Positions 30,287 through 39,386 of a DNA stretch of 64,000 bases are shown here, one piece after another. The translations under genes were made by a program, and so were the position numbers. Origin of the DNA: Patescibacteria group bacterium (GTDB lineage: Bacteria > Patescibacteriota > Microgenomatia > UBA10105 > UBA927); NCBI GenBank assembly GCA_049322955.1, contig JBMOPU010000033.1, positions 128,784 to 192,783 on the forward strand, given 5' to 3'. The first letter of the stretch is position 1; the number at the start of each line of letters is the position of its first letter. The notes under the pieces were generated by a model. That model was not told the origin of the DNA and searched no databases. It worked only from the letters and a program-made list of their open reading frames with translations.

Positions 30287-30694
30287 ATGGCACGTATCTC
30301 AGGAGTAGATTTACCGAACGACAAACGTCTTGATATTGCGCTTACCTATCTGTATGGGGTAGGCAGGTCAAACGTAAAACTTATCCTCCAAAAAGCCGAA
30401 CTTGATCCCACTCGACGATTCAAAACATTAACCGACGACGAAGTCAGCAAACTTACCAAAATCATCGAAAAAGAAACGATGGTCGAAGGAGATCTGCGTC
30501 GCGCGGTCGGCGATAATGTAAAGCGACTTATCGAGATCAAATCATATCGCGGTATCCGACACGCACGAAGACTTCCTTCCCGCGGACAGCGGACACGAAC
30601 AAACGCCCGCACCAAGCGCGGAAAGCGTATGACGGTGGGAGCGCTTAAGAAAGAAGATCGCGCAAAGACGGAAACAGCCGCGGCGGCAAAATAA
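30287..30694 (+). CDS. rpsM: 30S ribosomal protein S13
   Basis: MARISGVDLP, YRGIRH, RGQRTRTNARTK. Confidence 0.98.
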   Translation: MARISGVDLPNDKRLDIALTYLYGVGRSNVKLILQKAELDPTRRFKTLTDDEVSKLTKIIEKETMVEGDLRRAVGDNVKRLIEIKSYRGIRHARRLPSRGQRTRTNARTKRGKRMTVGALKKEDRAKTETAAAAK

Positions 30695-30697
30695 CCT

Positions 30698-31069
30698 ATG
30701 GCAACCAAATCAACCAAAACCATTCCGACAAAAGGCCGTGTCTATATTACGGCCACCTTCAACAATACGTTGGTGACGTTAACCGATGAACACGGCAATG
30801 CATTGTTCTGGGGTTCGTCAGGACTCGTAGGATTTAAGGGTGCAAGACGGGCAACGCCATATGCGGCAACGACCGCTGTGGAAGGAGTTGCCAGAAAAGC
30901 ACTTGATGCGGGTCTGCGCGAGGTTGAAGTGTATATCAAAGGGCCGGGAGCCGGTCGTGATGCGGCACTTCGCGCGTTAAAAGCAGTCGGATTGGGTATT
31001 ACGCTTATTGCCGATGTGACGCCCATCCCCCATAACGGGGTCAGACCGAAGAAAAAGCGGAGAGTATAA
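30698..31069 (+). CDS. rpsK: 30S ribosomal protein S11
   Basis: [27 protein letters not shown]. Confidence 0.98.
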   Translation: MATKSTKTIPTKGRVYITATFNNTLVTLTDEHGNALFWGSSGLVGFKGARRATPYAATTAVEGVARKALDAGLREVEVYIKGPGAGRDAALRALKAVGLGITLIADVTPIPHNGVRPKKKRRV

Positions 31070-31072
31070 CCT

Positions 31073-31693
31073 ATGGCAAAATATAACGGACCAAAAAACA
31101 GACTCGCACGAAAAGAAGGCATTGATTTGGGCCTTAAGACCGTCGGTACCAAAGCCCATGCCGGTTTACAACGCAGACTGAATGTTCCTCCGGGACAACA
31201 CGGTCAGAAAATGCGAAGGAAAGTATCTGGCTATGGAGTCCAGCTTCGTGAGAAACAGAAAATGAAGCGCCTGTACGGTGTTTTGGAACGCCAATTCAGA
31301 AAGTATTTTGCCATGGCAAGAAAGTGGCGGGGAAATACCGGTGACATGCTCGTCCAATTTTTGGAGCGCAGACTTGATAACACCGTGTATCGTTTGGGAC
31401 TTGCTCCCACGAGAACGAGTGCAAGACAATTTGTTTCCCACGGTCATATTATGGTCAACGGGGCACGGGTCAATATTCCGTCCTATCTTGTTGCCGCCGA
31501 TGCCGTCATTACCGTTAAGCCGAAAGCGGCGGAAATTCCGGTGATTAAAAAGATGCTCGAAGACAAAACCTTTACGCCTCCCGCATGGTTGGAGCGCAAA
31601 GGCGGGGCCGGAAAAGTAGTCCGTTTGCCGGAACGGGATGATGTGAAAGAAGATATTAATACACAATTAGTTATCGAGTATTATTCTCGTTAA
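31073..31693 (+). CDS. rpsD: 30S ribosomal protein S4
   Basis: PPGQHG, QLREKQK, LERRLDNTVYR, IEYYSR. Confidence 0.98.
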   Translation: MAKYNGPKNRLARKEGIDLGLKTVGTKAHAGLQRRLNVPPGQHGQKMRRKVSGYGVQLREKQKMKRLYGVLERQFRKYFAMARKWRGNTGDMLVQFLERRLDNTVYRLGLAPTRTSARQFVSHGHIMVNGARVNIPSYLVAADAVITVKPKAAEIPVIKKMLEDKTFTPPAWLERKGGAGKVVRLPERDDVKEDINTQLVIEYYSR

Positions 31694-31764
31694 GGAGGCA
31701 GGGTCTAGGCTGTTGAGTTTATTTGGGGAAGTAAGCTCAAAGCATTATGCCCTAAGCACGAATT

Positions 31765-32685
31765 ATGATAGATCCGAATTTTGCAATAAAGACTGAGGTG
31801 GACAAACCCGGATACGGGATGTTTGTCATGGAACCTTTGGAACAGGGATATGGACACACGCTCGGCAACAGTCTTCGCCGGGTGCTTTTGACTTCTCTTC
31901 CCGGTGCATCCATAACGTCTATAAAAATCGGCGGTGTGGCGCATCAATTCTCGACGCTTGCAGGGCTTAAAGAAGACATTGTAGAACTTATTTTGAATCT
32001 TAAGAAGGTTCGTATCGCCGTTGCCACCGGAGAAAGTGCCGTGATCAAACTTTCCAAAAAAGGAGCGGGCACGGTTACCGCCGGTGATTTTGAAGTTCCC
32101 GCGGGAGTCACCATTGTGAATCCTGATCTTGTCATTGCAAACCTTACCGACAAAAAGGCGGAGCTTGATCTTGAAGCGACGGTTGAAACCGGATACGGCT
32201 ATGTTCAGGCGGATGAACGCCATGTTGATGAAGTAGGACGTATTCCCATGGATTCATTGTTTAGCCCGGTTGTTCGCGTCAATTATCGTGTTGACGCCAC
32301 CCGTGTGGGTCGCATGACGAACCTTGATAAGCTTGTTATGGAAATCTGGACCGATGAAACAATCAGTCCGCTTGCCGCATTGAAGAGTGCCGCAAAAGTG
32401 CTTGTCTCTTATTTCATGCAGGTTTATGAACCGAAAGCAAAGCTTTCTGACGAAGCGGTTGCGGTGGCTCCGTCTGTCTCCGATGAAGTGCTCAAAATGC
32501 GCATCGAAGAACTTGATATTCCGACCCGCATCGTCAATGCACTTGCGCGGGGAAGCATCGAAACCATCGGTCAGTTGTTGGGGACCCCCCGCACCGAGCT
32601 GATGAAGATCAAAAATCTCGGAGCAAAGTCCCTTTCTATCGTGGAAGACAAGCTTCGTGAAAAGGGAGTGGCAATTTCTGTCTAA
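31765..32685 (+). CDS. rpoA: RNA polymerase alpha subunit
   Basis: EPLEQGYGHTLGNSLRRVLL, FSPVVRV, CTD IKNLGAKS. Confidence 0.98.
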   Translation: MIDPNFAIKTEVDKPGYGMFVMEPLEQGYGHTLGNSLRRVLLTSLPGASITSIKIGGVAHQFSTLAGLKEDIVELILNLKKVRIAVATGESAVIKLSKKGAGTVTAGDFEVPAGVTIVNPDLVIANLTDKKAELDLEATVETGYGYVQADERHVDEVGRIPMDSLFSPVVRVNYRVDATRVGRMTNLDKLVMEIWTDETISPLAALKSAAKVLVSYFMQVYEPKAKLSDEAVAVAPSVSDEVLKMRIEELDIPTRIVNALARGSIETIGQLLGTPRTELMKIKNLGAKSLSIVEDKLREKGVAISV

Positions 32686-32690
32686 TACTT

Positions 32691-33182
32691 ATGAAGCACG
32701 GGTATTTTGGTCGCAAACTGGGAAGGAATAAAGATGAACGGCGTCGTCTGTTCATGATACTGACAAGATCCCTCATCGGATCGGGTCGGGTTCGTACCAC
32801 GATTGCGAAAGCAAAAGCAATTCAGCCGATGGTTGAAAAGCTTATTACCAAAGCAAAGTCAGGTGAATCCGGAGCGCTTCGTAAAGCATCTATGGTGCTT
32901 GCCGATGACGGTTCTTACAAGAAACTGCTTGAGATGGCAAAGGAACGATTCACCAAACGCACAAGCGGCTTCACAAGAATCGTAAAACTCGGAACCCGAC
33001 GGGGTGATGCGTCGGAAATGGTATATCTTGAGTTTGTCGATAGCGCGCCCGTCAAGGAACAACCGAAGAAAACGGCAAAAAAGGGTGAAAAAGAAGTACA
33101 GGAAGCGGAAGTGGTAACGGAAGAACCGAAAGCTCCCGTCAAAAAAGCGAAAGCCGAAAAAAAAGTAAAAGCGGATAAATAA
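32691..33182 (+). CDS. rplQ: 50S ribosomal protein L17 with K/E-rich tail
   Basis: RKLGR, TTIAKAK, SGFTRIVK, RRGDA. Confidence 0.96.
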   Translation: MKHGYFGRKLGRNKDERRRLFMILTRSLIGSGRVRTTIAKAKAIQPMVEKLITKAKSGESGALRKASMVLADDGSYKKLLEMAKERFTKRTSGFTRIVKLGTRRGDASEMVYLEFVDSAPVKEQPKKTAKKGEKEVQEAEVVTEEPKAPVKKAKAEKKVKADK

Positions 33183-33183
33183 T

Positions 33184-33603
33184 ATGAACACTACCAAAGC
33201 GACCAAAGCAAGCAAGATTAACAGAGTTTGGCACCTTATTGATGCAAAGGATAAGGTTTTGGGACGCGTTGCTGTTGAAATTGCCGCGAAATTAATCGGT
33301 AAATCCAAGCCGTATTTTGTTCGCAACTTGGACTGCGGAGACTTTGTGGTCGTTATCAATGCAAAAGAAGTAAAAGTAACGGGTCATAAGGAAAAAGAAA
33401 AGCTTTACACCCGTTACTCAGGATTCCCGGGCGGCCTGAAGACCAAAGCGTTGTGGCAGATGCGGGATGAAAAGCCGACGGAAATTATCCGCCGTGCGGT
33501 AATGGGTATGCTTCCCAAAAACAAGTTGAGAAACCGTATGATTACGAGACTCCACATTTCGGCTGATGCAACACATAACTTTGCCAGTAAATTTAATCAA
33601 TAA
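33184..33603 (+). CDS. rplM: 50S ribosomal protein L13
   Basis: WHLIDA..LGR, DCGDFVVVINA, GMLPKN. Confidence 0.98.
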   Translation: MNTTKATKASKINRVWHLIDAKDKVLGRVAVEIAAKLIGKSKPYFVRNLDCGDFVVVINAKEVKVTGHKEKEKLYTRYSGFPGGLKTKALWQMRDEKPTEIIRRAVMGMLPKNKLRNRMITRLHISADATHNFASKFNQ

Positions 33604-33608
33604 TCATT

Positions 33609-34067
33609 ATGGAAGAAGATACAAACCAAACAAAAACAACGTATTATGAAGCCGTAGGTCGCAGAAAGAATGCAACCGCACGGGTGAGACTGTATGTCGT
33701 CAAAGATGAGTCGGTGGTTATCAATGGGACGACGGTTGCCAAGGGCGACATGATTGTCAACGGCAGACCCGCCGAAGCGTATTTTCCCGGTGAAATCGAC
33801 AAGAAAGTATATCTTGAGCCGTTTAGAACCACCAACACGATCGGTAGATTTGCGGTGAGTGTCCATACGGTCGGTGGCGGGCTTGCGGGACAACTCGGTG
33901 CGACGTTACAGGGAATTTCCCGTGCACTTGAAAAGACGGATAAAGAGAAGTTCCGTCCGATCCTGAAGAAACGCGGCTTCATGACGCGTGATTCCAGAAA
34001 GAAACAACGCATCAAGGCAGGATTTGCTCACAAAGCGCGTGCTCGCAAGCAATCTCCGAAGCGATAA
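33609..34067 (+). CDS. rpsI: 30S ribosomal protein S9
   Basis: GRRKNATARVRL, GGGLAGQ, TRDSR, KARARKQSPKR. Confidence 0.97.
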   Translation: MEEDTNQTKTTYYEAVGRRKNATARVRLYVVKDESVVINGTTVAKGDMIVNGRPAEAYFPGEIDKKVYLEPFRTTNTIGRFAVSVHTVGGGLAGQLGATLQGISRALEKTDKEKFRPILKKRGFMTRDSRKKQRIKAGFAHKARARKQSPKR

Positions 34068-34074
34068 GGTGGTC

Positions 34075-34205
34075 TCGGGACGGAAACGAGTTTCCTTCCC
34101 GATGTGGCGACAGGCAATGCCTGCGGAAAACCGCATCTGCTCTTCTTTCCTTTTATAGCGCGGATATCCTATTGGTCGGGAAGTAGTACTGCTCTTTTTC
34201 CCTCA
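34075..34205 (+). repeat. Multi-hairpin intergenic repeat element, copy A
   Basis: TCGGGA-C-GGAAAC..GTTTCC-T-TCCCGA hairpin, two more hairpins, CTGCTCTTTTTCCCTCA; homologous to 40947-41025 and 36517-36650. Confidence 0.65.
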
Positions 34206-34216
34206 GCATGAACGTA

Positions 34217-34810
34217 CTATTTTTTGGCGCGTTCAAGGAAGTCGTTCAGAAGCGTTTGTTGTTCGTTGTCCGTAAGCGGAGTCGGAGTATTGTCATATAC
34301 CCGTTGTTTGGTGATTTCCCATAACAATATCGCCGTGGCGACCGATACATTGAGACTCTGCACAAATCCGCGCATAGGAATTTTGAGCACGGTATCGGCA
34401 CTCTTACGCATGACATCTGAGACCCCGGCATGTTCGTTGCCGACGATAACGGCAAGCGGTGTTTTGGGATCGTGATACCGTTCCAATGAAACGGCACCCT
34501 CGGTAAGTGCGGAAACAACGATACGATATTTTGCTTTTTTCAACGCTTCAATACATGCCTGTGCGGATGAAAACACCGTAAAATCCAACCATTTATTCGC
34601 GCTTGAACTCGTTGCCTTTCCGATGCGTTTGGGATTATACGGCGTCTCTTTTTCGAAAATAAACCACACCTGTTGGATACCCATTGCCTCGCATGTACGC
34701 AGTATCGCCGCCGCATTATGCGGATCATGAATATCTTCAAGTACCACGACCACCCCAGCCTGTCGGCTCCGTACCACGTCCGTAATCCTTTGTAATCGTC
34801 GTTGTTCCAT
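34217..34810 (-). CDS. trmH: tRNA (Gm18) 2'-O-methyltransferase, SPOUT family
   Basis: LEDIHDPHNAAAILRTCEAMG, VGNEHAGVS, IPMRGFVQSLNVSVA; start at MEQRR. Confidence 0.9.
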   Translation of the reverse strand: MEQRRLQRITDVVRSRQAGVVVVLEDIHDPHNAAAILRTCEAMGIQQVWFIFEKETPYNPKRIGKATSSSANKWLDFTVFSSAQACIEALKKAKYRIVVSALTEGAVSLERYHDPKTPLAVIVGNEHAGVSDVMRKSADTVLKIPMRGFVQSLNVSVATAILLWEITKQRVYDNTPTPLTDNEQQTLLNDFLERAKK

Positions 34811-34923
34811 AATGGGAATAAAAAGCTGAGGGCAATCCCACAACAACAATGAGGGTATAAGTGTTTGAATGCGAAGTCAAGCGAATGGCGTATCGTATGA
34901 AAGATGCCGTACTATAGAGGTAT

Positions 34924-36366
34924 ATGCGACAACGTACGAAAATCATAGCCGTCGCGTTAAGAATCGGCTTACTTTTTCTCAGCATCGCGGTAACGATAGT
35001 GGTGTGTGAATCCGTATTGCGAGGAGCTTCGGTCATTGCGGGTGCAAAGATTACATCGCGTATCCATACCGATACCGCCGACTTTGTTATCCTCACGCTG
35101 GGCGAGTCAACAACGCAGGATACCACCGGGCATACCTGGCCGCTCCTCCTCGAAAAACGACTTTCTCAGGCATATCCGAACCGTTCCATACGGGTTATCA
35201 ATAAAGCTATCCCCGGAACAAATACGAGTGTATTAGTGGGGAACCTTCCCGCACAGATTACCGAGTACCAGCCGGATGTGATTGTGAGCATGATGGGCAT
35301 AAACGATCAGTATGAGGCGACATTTCCGGCAAGTGTGTATATCCCCGATAAGGATACTACCCCGTGGCTGACCGTAAAGTTTTTTCGTATGACGGTACGA
35401 TATCTTTCCCTGCTGATTGCTGAAGCCCGTGACTTTTATCACTCACCCGATCCGTACGTGTTAAGTCAAAAAGCCGATATGTATCGGATAAACGGCGAGT
35501 ACGAACGTGCGGAACGGTATCTCCGACGATCGATTACTCTTGAGCCAGATAATCCCGAGCATTTGATGCTTTTGGCGATTCTCTATAGGGATATGTCCCG
35601 CAACCGTGAAGCCGAATATACGTTACTTACCGCAAAGCTAATCGCCCCGACTGCAGACGGCGTCTATGTCGAGCTTGGCAACTTCTATCGGGATAATGGA
35701 AACCATATGCTCGCTGAGGAGATGTACAAAACGGCATTGCTTCTTAATCCGCAAAACGGACTTGCCTATGATGCGTATGGGATGCTTGCTTCGTGGTATC
35801 AGGGGGATATGGCGAAAGCGAGGGAGTTATATGAGCAGGGAATCAGGTATTATCCGACCATGATTTCTCCGTATTTTGAACTGGCGGATATATATATTGC
35901 GGAGAATAATATCGGGAAAGCGAAGGCATTATACGAAAAAGTGCTTTCAGTTGAACCGAATAGCACACTGGCAAAACGCGGCCTTGCGAGGGTAGAAGGT
36001 GAGGTAATGGGCGACAGTAGCACAAACGAACAATCGCCCGGATCGCTGTTTTCCCCTATGACCGTCAAAAATTATGGAAAACTACTTGCGATCGCGAGTG
36101 CCCGACGCATTCCCGTAATTGCGGTACAGTATCCGTTACAATCGGCAGAAGAACTGCGGTCGGTGATTACGGGCTTAGCGGATTCTTTCAGTGAGGTGAC
36201 GGTAGTAGGAAATGAGGAAAACTTTCGGGATTTTTTGCAAAGGGGCTCGTATGATGATCTTTTTTCCGATCATTTCGGCGGCAATTTCGGTCACACGACC
36301 GAAAGAGGAAGCGAGCTTATCGCCGCCGGCGTTGCGCGTACGATAGAGACGATACTCAAGAGATAA
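34924..36366 (+). CDS. Membrane-anchored SGNH/GDSL-like protein with inserted TPR repeats
   Basis: TM helix, LGESTT, MMGIND, several TPR repeats, C-terminal DHFGGNFGH. Confidence 0.7.
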   Translation: MRQRTKIIAVALRIGLLFLSIAVTIVVCESVLRGASVIAGAKITSRIHTDTADFVILTLGESTTQDTTGHTWPLLLEKRLSQAYPNRSIRVINKAIPGTNTSVLVGNLPAQITEYQPDVIVSMMGINDQYEATFPASVYIPDKDTTPWLTVKFFRMTVRYLSLLIAEARDFYHSPDPYVLSQKADMYRINGEYERAERYLRRSITLEPDNPEHLMLLAILYRDMSRNREAEYTLLTAKLIAPTADGVYVELGNFYRDNGNHMLAEEMYKTALLLNPQNGLAYDAYGMLASWYQGDMAKARELYEQGIRYYPTMISPYFELADIYIAENNIGKAKALYEKVLSVEPNSTLAKRGLARVEGEVMGDSSTNEQSPGSLFSPMTVKNYGKLLAIASARRIPVIAVQYPLQSAEELRSVITGLADSFSEVTVVGNEENFRDFLQRGSYDDLFSDHFGGNFGHTTERGSELIAAGVARTIETILKR

Positions 36367-36425
36367 CAGCGCACGATCCCGCTAAGCGGGACGAACATTC
36401 GACTCCACCATGGACTTTATGCTTG

Positions 36426-36498
36426 TCGGGGCGACACGATTTGAACGTGCGACCACACGACCCCCAGCCGTGTGCTCTACCAACTGAGCTACGCCCCG
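36426..36498 (-). tRNA. tRNA-Pro (anticodon GGG), CCA not encoded
   Basis: Cloverleaf CGGGGCG-TA-GCTC-AGTTGGTA-GAGC-A-CACGG-CTGGGGG-TCGTG-TGGTC-GCACG-TTCAAAT-CGTGT-CGCCCCG-A. Confidence 0.95.
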
Positions 36499-36516
36499 TC
36501 TTCGTAATTCGGACCT

Positions 36517-36650
36517 CATTCACTTTGGGACGAAACCTACGGTTTCTTCCCAACGATCTTCCCTTAATAGGAAAGATTATGGAAGAGATAACCTCCATTC
36601 ACTTTGGGACGAAACCTACGGTTTCTTCCCAACGATCTTCCCTAATAGGA
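36517..36650 (+). repeat. Tandem direct repeat (48 nt identical, period 79) carrying the conserved hairpin
   Basis: CATTCACTTTGGGACGAAACCTACGGTTTCTTCCCAACGATCTTCCCT at 36517 and 36596. Confidence 0.9.
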
Positions 36651-36832
36651 GTCGCGAACTATTCAGCTTCCTATCCCACGTTCGCGACAGATACATTATA
36701 ACCAGTCTTTATGTGGACTGTTCCAATATATCTTTATCGATCCTTGTATTCTATCATTTATTGTGTAAAAATGGGAAAGATCCTGCAAATACCGCAGGTC
36801 TGCCCCAATATTATTTCCCACAGGAGGTACGT

Positions 36833-37867
36833 ATGGCACAGGACCAAAAACTTCAGGCGATTCGTCTTGCGATGGAGACTATCGAAAAACAATACGGCAA
36901 AGGATCCATCATGAAGCTCGGCGACAAAAACAATGTCAAAGACGCCATTGATGTAGTTCCCACGGGAATCTTACCGCTTGATCTCGCCCTCGGAGTGGGC
37001 GGCGTGCCAAAGGGAAGAATCGTCGAAATTTACGGACCCGAAGCATCGGGCAAAACGACCGTATGTCTTTCCATCATTGCCGAAGCACAGAAGGCGGGGG
37101 GAGTGGCGGCGTTTATTGATGCCGAACATGCACTTGATCCCCAGTGGGCGGAAGTGTTGGGCGTGAAACTCGACAACCTGCTTATTTCTCAACCCGATAC
37201 CGGAGAACAGGCGCTTGAGATTGCCGAGACGCTTATCCGAAGCGGCGGTATTGACGTTATCGTCATTGACTCGGTGGCGGCGTTGGTGCCGCGTGCCGAA
37301 ATAGAAGGTGAAATGGGTGACAGTATGATGGGAGTGCATGCCCGCCTTATGTCACAAGCCTTACGAAAACTCACGGCAGTCATCGCAAAATCAAAGACGA
37401 TCGTTATATTTACCAATCAGCTCCGTCAGAAAATCGGTGTCATGTTCGGTAACCCCGAAACGACGACCGGAGGGATGGCGCTCAAGTTTTATGCCAGTAT
37501 CCGCATGGACAGCAGAAAGATCGAAACGATCAAAGACGGCGATAAAGTCATCGGAAGCAGGCATCGGGTACGGATTGTCAAAAATAAGGTTTCTCCGCCG
37601 TTTAGACTTGCCGAGTATGACGTCATGCATGACGGAATCTCCCGTGAAGGAGCAATCCTTGATGTCGGCGTAGAGCAGGGGGTTATCAGCAAATCGGGCG
37701 CGTTTCTCAAGTACGGCACCCAAATGCTCGGTCAGGGAAAGGAAGCGGCAAAACTATTCCTCAAGGAAAATCCCAAAGTATTTAAAGAGATTTCCGAAGC
37801 GATCTGGAAAGCGGTGAAGTCCGGCCACGCACAAGCCAAGGTTGCCGTCACCGAAGACGAAGAATAA
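36833..37867 (+). CDS. recA: Recombinase A
   Basis: [36 protein letters not shown]; SD AGGAGG before ATG 36833. Confidence 0.99.
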   Translation: MAQDQKLQAIRLAMETIEKQYGKGSIMKLGDKNNVKDAIDVVPTGILPLDLALGVGGVPKGRIVEIYGPEASGKTTVCLSIIAEAQKAGGVAAFIDAEHALDPQWAEVLGVKLDNLLISQPDTGEQALEIAETLIRSGGIDVIVIDSVAALVPRAEIEGEMGDSMMGVHARLMSQALRKLTAVIAKSKTIVIFTNQLRQKIGVMFGNPETTTGGMALKFYASIRMDSRKIETIKDGDKVIGSRHRVRIVKNKVSPPFRLAEYDVMHDGISREGAILDVGVEQGVISKSGAFLKYGTQMLGQGKEAAKLFLKENPKVFKEISEAIWKAVKSGHAQAKVAVTEDEE

Positions 37868-37904
37868 CACGCCATCTGTCGATAGCGTACATTCCGCACA
37901 CGCC

Positions 37905-38663
37905 TTATTTTTTCTTAAATCCTTCGAGTGCATGAAGGATTTCAAGAGGAACCGTAAAGACCACCGTGTTCGATTGGTCGGACGAGATATCATTGATCGA
38001 ATTTAACGTCCGCAGATGCAGTGCTCCCGGTGTTTCTCCCATGGTTTTGGCGGCAATGGCGAGATTCTTTGATGCAATGACTTCTCCTTCAGAGTTGATG
38101 ATGGTGGCACGTTTTTCCCGTTCCGCTTCCGCTTGCTTGGCCATGGTACGTACCATGGATTCGGGAAGCTTGATATCTTTTAGTTCCACGCTTGAAACAT
38201 CCAGTCCCCAAAGTCCCGCGGATTTTTCGACGATATCGCGGATTTTGACCGCGAGATCATGACGCTGGGTGAGCAACTGGTCGAGTGTCACCTCTCCTAT
38301 GACGTTTCGCATGGTCGTTTGCGCAAGTTGGGAAACCGCCCAATAAAAATTCTCGACTTCGAGGATGGCTTTTTTTGCATCCACGATTTTGTAGTAAATA
38401 ACCGCGGTAATTTTAGTGCTGACGTTATCCTTGGTGATCACTTCCTGATCCGGTTCTTCGACCACTTTGGTACGGACGTCAACTTTTTGCCAGGTCTGAA
38501 AAATCGGAAGTACGATCCGCCAACCCGGCTCAAGGACTCCGGAAAACCGCCCGATGGTAAATTGGATACCCCGTTCGTACTCGTTAATTTGCTTGAGGGA
38601 AGAAAGAATCAGTACCGCTATGGCGATAAACACCGGGGTTAACCCCGCAAAAAGTAATTCCAT
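37905..38663 (-). CDS. SPFH/stomatin (slipin) family membrane protein
   Basis: EYERG, QEVITKDNVS, LAQTTMR, QAEAERE, LRTL; SD GGAGGT before ATG 38663. Confidence 0.92.
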   Translation of the reverse strand: MELLFAGLTPVFIAIAVLILSSLKQINEYERGIQFTIGRFSGVLEPGWRIVLPIFQTWQKVDVRTKVVEEPDQEVITKDNVSTKITAVIYYKIVDAKKAILEVENFYWAVSQLAQTTMRNVIGEVTLDQLLTQRHDLAVKIRDIVEKSAGLWGLDVSSVELKDIKLPESMVRTMAKQAEAEREKRATIINSEGEVIASKNLAIAAKTMGETPGALHLRTLNSINDISSDQSNTVVFTVPLEILHALEGFKKK

Positions 38664-38719
38664 AAATACCTCCGTTAGGTGTAGTATATACGCGAGCTCT
38701 CCTGCGGGCAAGCATACCT

Positions 38720-39211
38720 ATGGACCTGTCAGAAAGTACCGTTTATGAACGACTGATGAACGCCGCTATCCGGTACATATCGTTTCGTCTGCGCAGTGAA
38801 AAAGAAATACGGGATTTTATCCGGCAAAAACTCATCAAAAGCCACACGACCGCGCCCGAGGTGGAAGCTCGGGTACTGCATCGACTCGGTGAACTGGACT
38901 ATGTGAACGATGAGAAATTCTGTGAGTGGTGGCTGAGCCAGCGGCAAGGCAGTAAGCCCAAGGGTATCCGGTTGATTCGTGCCGAGTTGGCACAGAAGGG
39001 GATCGCACGTGCGCTTATCGATAAAGCGGTGAGTCAGTCGGCATCCGATGAACGTACGCTCGCATACCGAGCCATAAATAAGAAACGCGAAATTTGGCGT
39101 CAATTGCCTCTCCTTGCCCGAAAAAAGAAGCTGGGAGACTATCTGTTACGCCGCGGTTTTTCCTCGGATGTCGTCCGGGGTGTCGTTGACGATGTAGTGG
39201 AAAACGTGTAA
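38720..39211 (+). CDS. recX: RecA regulator RecX
   Basis: RLRSEKEI, YVNDEKF, PKG..IRAELAQKGI, YLLRRGFS; near recA. Confidence 0.9.
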   Translation: MDLSESTVYERLMNAAIRYISFRLRSEKEIRDFIRQKLIKSHTTAPEVEARVLHRLGELDYVNDEKFCEWWLSQRQGSKPKGIRLIRAELAQKGIARALIDKAVSQSASDERTLAYRAINKKREIWRQLPLLARKKKLGDYLLRRGFSSDVVRGVVDDVVENV

Positions 39212-39386
39212 AATACATGACAGTAGGCCAGCAAATTGTTCTGGCATAGGTAAAGATATAAAAAACAACAGATTGACTTGTAGGATTATGAGATTGCATC
39301 ACACCACGTGTTCTCCTACATACCGCACTTCTTAAGCCGCGGATTTTTTTGTTGCTTTTTTGTCTTCACCTTGAGAAAGGATTCTT

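Noticed and set aside
31694-31764. Hairpin in the rpsD-rpoA spacer as an ncRNA
   Set aside because: Single imperfect stem with no promoter, T-run or second copy.
36517-36650. Possible mini CRISPR array
   Set aside because: Only two repeats, no cas genes in the window, and the repeat belongs to a dispersed hairpin family.
36700-36832. LexA/SOS box upstream of recA
   Set aside because: No convincing dyad matching a known LexA motif could be identified by eye.
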